The position numbers and the translations under genes are program-made. Positions 6,730 to 8,882 of a stretch of 8,882 nucleotides of DNA are shown here, piece by piece. The DNA is from a virus (Duplodnaviria > Heunggongvirae > Uroviricota > Caudoviricetes). Location of the stretch: the IMG/VR virus record IMGVR_UViG_2534681772_000013. One strand, 5' to 3'. The notes under the pieces were generated by a model. That model was given only the letters and a program-made list of their open reading frames with translations. It was not told where the DNA came from and made no database searches. Each line of letters starts with the position of its first letter. Position 1 is the stretch's first letter.

Positions 6730-6908
6730 GTGCGTACTGTATCGCCACGTCTTTTTCGCACACGAATTATGGTGGGGCGTACGGGGCCGACTTCGGTCGG
6801 GCCGGGTTCTGTAGTTGCCGGTTGTGGAAACCCTGTACGTCTCACCACCCCGAGTTTTCCACCTCTGGATGGTGAGTTTTCAAAACTTGCAACTACAGAG
6901 GCCACACC

Positions 6909-7139
6909 ATGGCAAACCGCAAACAGCACCGCGCTATCGCGGAGCGTCGTCACATCCAGACTGAAATCAACCGCAGACTTTTCCGCGCATCACGCGTCGC
7001 GCAAATCATGCACATCAATATGCTGCATGAGCGCAGCCACGCACTATCAAACATCTATTCCGCCGCTGTTTTCAGCTATCTGGCGGATGATCTGCACGAG
7101 CTTCAACAGCTCATCCAGCAGCAAAACAAACTCCATTAA
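6909..7139 (+). CDS. Hypothetical small basic protein
   Basis: 76-aa ORF with AGAGG SD 8 nt upstream. Its composition is sensible, unlike the overlapping 198-aa track ORF. Confidence 0.5.
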   Translation: MANRKQHRAIAERRHIQTEINRRLFRASRVAQIMHINMLHERSHALSNIYSAAVFSYLADDLHELQQLIQQQNKLH

Positions 7140-7211
7140 TTCCTGTTCCGGGCCTTTCCTGCACCTTGCGGCGGGAGGCCTTCGCACATCTGTAACAAGA
7201 GGATTGCCGCA

Positions 7212-7577
7212 ATGATTCTCGCCAACGACTTTCTTGAATACCTGCTCAACACAGAACGTGATCTTGCCGCTCGCGTGCGTGAACGTTATGACATGTACCT
7301 GAAATCCCTGCCTGTACCGCAGCTCGCTGACGGAAAGATTGTTATTGATGGTCGCTACATGATTGACAGCCACGAGGGAAATTACAGGCTTTACCGCATT
7401 GAAGGTGGCACCCCGTCCGTTATTGGCATTTACCAGCGCCCATCCTCTTCAATCGTCGATGTGATTGCCGACAGCATCCGCATCACACATCGCCATGCCG
7501 ACACAGAAGACACCGTGCTGGAAATTCAGCGGCTGGCTACAGTCTGCCGCGACACCCTGAATGGCATGACGAAGTAA
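7212..7577 (+). CDS. Hypothetical protein immediately upstream of the replication gene
   Basis: 121-aa ORF with AAGAGGA SD; ends 6 nt before the gpA start. Confidence 0.55.
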   Translation: MILANDFLEYLLNTERDLAARVRERYDMYLKSLPVPQLADGKIVIDGRYMIDSHEGNYRLYRIEGGTPSVIGIYQRPSSSIVDVIADSIRITHRHADTEDTVLEIQRLATVCRDTLNGMTK

Positions 7578-7583
7578 ATCACT

Positions 7584-8882
7584 ATGACGGCAGAGTACAT
7601 CAGGGACTGGCAACAACCGCGCCACGCAGTGGGGCGTGAAGGAACGGGGATCCCCGCTCCTGAATCCGCGCTTTCCTCCTGGCTGGATGCCTACCGGGCA
7701 GAGAACGAGCGCCGCCAGGAAATGGCTGATGCGGCGTTCTCCGCCACGCCGCTGGGCAACCTGATTAATAAAAGCCTGGACGCACAGGAAAAACAGGACA
7801 AAACCATCACACTGGCAGGAGACGCCAGAAAACAGGCACGCGGCGCGGTGGATGAAGCCATGGCCTCGCTGCGCCTGCTGCCGTCCTATCTGCGCGATCC
7901 GCTTATTCGCCACCTCTCCTTCCTTCGCAAAAAACAGGAAGCCGATCGCCGGAAAGGCAAAAAGAGCTGGCAGGCGGAACGCTATGCACGCGGAACCCTG
8001 CGCAAAATATTCGAACGTCTGGATCGCACTGACGGACGCTGGCTGACACCGGGTTATCGCTCCCTTGCCGGACGCGAACGCCTGGACGATTTGCTTTACC
8101 TGCCGCAGCTCAACAAACACCAGATACAGACGCTGGCCACCATGACGGCAGCGATGTTCAGCAGCACCTTCGAAAAACTCTGCGATGGCTTTGGCGCGAC
8201 TGATGGCGAACTGACCATGGATGTATCGCTGAAGGCGTATCAGATGCTGGCCCGCATGGCGTTACACCTGCACGCTATGCCTCCACATTATGACGCACTG
8301 ACAACAGATAAAGACCGGAGGAACGAACCGGACACAGAGCTGCTGCCGGGCGCAATCCTTCGCCTGACCTGTGCGGAATGGTGGAAACGCAAACTGTGGC
8401 TGTTACGTTGCGAGTGGAGAGAAGAACAACTCCGCGCCGCCTGTCTGGTTTCCAGAAAAACATCGCCCTATCTGAGCCAGGACGCGTTAAGCGAGTTTCG
8501 CGCACAGCGCGAGAAAACACGCGATTTCCTGAAAAGTTTCATGCTGGAAAACGAAGACGGGTTCACGATTGATCTCGAGACAGTGTATTACGCGGGAGTA
8601 AGTAACCCGGTTCACCGTAAGGCAGAAATGATGGCCACCATGAAGGGACTGGAACTTCTGGCCGAAGCCCGTGGCGACAGAGCGGTGTTTCTGACTGTCA
8701 CCTGCCCGTCAAAATACCACGCAACAACAGAGAACGGTCATCCGAATCCCAAATGGAACGGGGCCACCATGCGCGACTCCAGCGATTACCTGGTTAACAC
8801 GTTTTTTTGCGGCGGTCCGCAAGAAACTGAACCGCGACGGCCTGCGCTGGTATGGCATCCGCACGGTGGAGCCTCACCATGA
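7584..8882 (+). CDS. A: P2 gpA-family rolling-circle replication initiator, frameshifted at a T7 run and truncated by the window end
   Basis: The 432-aa frame-0 translation ends ...NTFFCGGPQETEPRRPALVWHPHGGASP. After the T-run 8811-8817 the +1 frame reads AAVRKKLNRDGLRWYGIRTVEPHH, which matches the conserved gpA-family motif as I recall it, and stays open to the window end. A T6 run would give one continuous ORF. Confidence 0.8.
   Translation: MTAEYIRDWQQPRHAVGREGTGIPAPESALSSWLDAYRAENERRQEMADAAFSATPLGNLINKSLDAQEKQDKTITLAGDARKQARGAVDEAMASLRLLPSYLRDPLIRHLSFLRKKQEADRRKGKKSWQAERYARGTLRKIFERLDRTDGRWLTPGYRSLAGRERLDDLLYLPQLNKHQIQTLATMTAAMFSSTFEKLCDGFGATDGELTMDVSLKAYQMLARMALHLHAMPPHYDALTTDKDRRNEPDTELLPGAILRLTCAEWWKRKLWLLRCEWREEQLRAACLVSRKTSPYLSQDALSEFRAQREKTRDFLKSFMLENEDGFTIDLETVYYAGVSNPVHRKAEMMATMKGLELLAEARGDRAVFLTVTCPSKYHATTENGHPNPKWNGATMRDSSDYLVNTFFCGGPQETEPRRPALVWHPHGGASP

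Noticed and set aside
6760-6860. Possible tRNA or CRISPR-like element in the GC-rich gap
   Set aside because: No cloverleaf with a T-loop consensus or CCA-compatible acceptor stem was found, and there are no regularly spaced direct repeats; kept only as an unexplained structured region in findings.
6297-6953. Minus-strand ORFs 6297..6632, 6359..6697 and 6660..6953
   Set aside because: Antisense to, or overlapping, the Ead-like gene and the structured non-coding region; Arg/Pro-rich compositions typical of GC-rich antisense frames.
6619-7215. 198-aa plus-strand ORF spanning the non-coding gap and the 76-aa gene
   Set aside because: Ser/Thr/Pro-rich low-complexity translation with no RBS, in an alternative frame to the better-supported 6909..7139 gene; likely a chance open frame in GC-rich DNA.
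7449-8120. 223-aa minus-strand ORF antisense to the gpA gene
   Set aside because: Entirely antisense to a strongly supported replication gene, Cys/Ala-rich odd composition, no start context.

Overview
This window reads as the integrase-proximal end of a P2-family prophage in an enterobacterial genome, apparently decaying. On the minus strand: a tyrosine integrase (1233..2210), preceded by a P2 C-type HTH repressor gene (2260..2570) that is broken by a 1-nt homopolymer frameshift. A divergent switch region (2571..2661) with operator-like repeats leads into a plus-strand early operon of small genes (2662..7577), ending in a gpA-type rolling-circle replication gene (7584 onward) that is also frameshifted at a T7 run and runs off the window. 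A complete 1331-bp IS2 (3609..4939, insC/insD on the minus strand, 5-bp target duplication TGGGC) sits exactly at the start codon of one early gene. Beyond the integrase stop lies an AT-rich two-gene cassette (731..1126 zinc-ribbon protein; 193..747 coiled-coil protein with hendecad repeats and a C-terminal membrane anchor) with its own terminator; this is the best candidate for an undescribed cargo module. A 330-bp GC-rich, hairpin-dense non-coding stretch (6578..6908) is unexplained. No rRNA, tRNA or CRISPR array was seen. All family assignments are from reading the translations and from memory of the families, not from searches.
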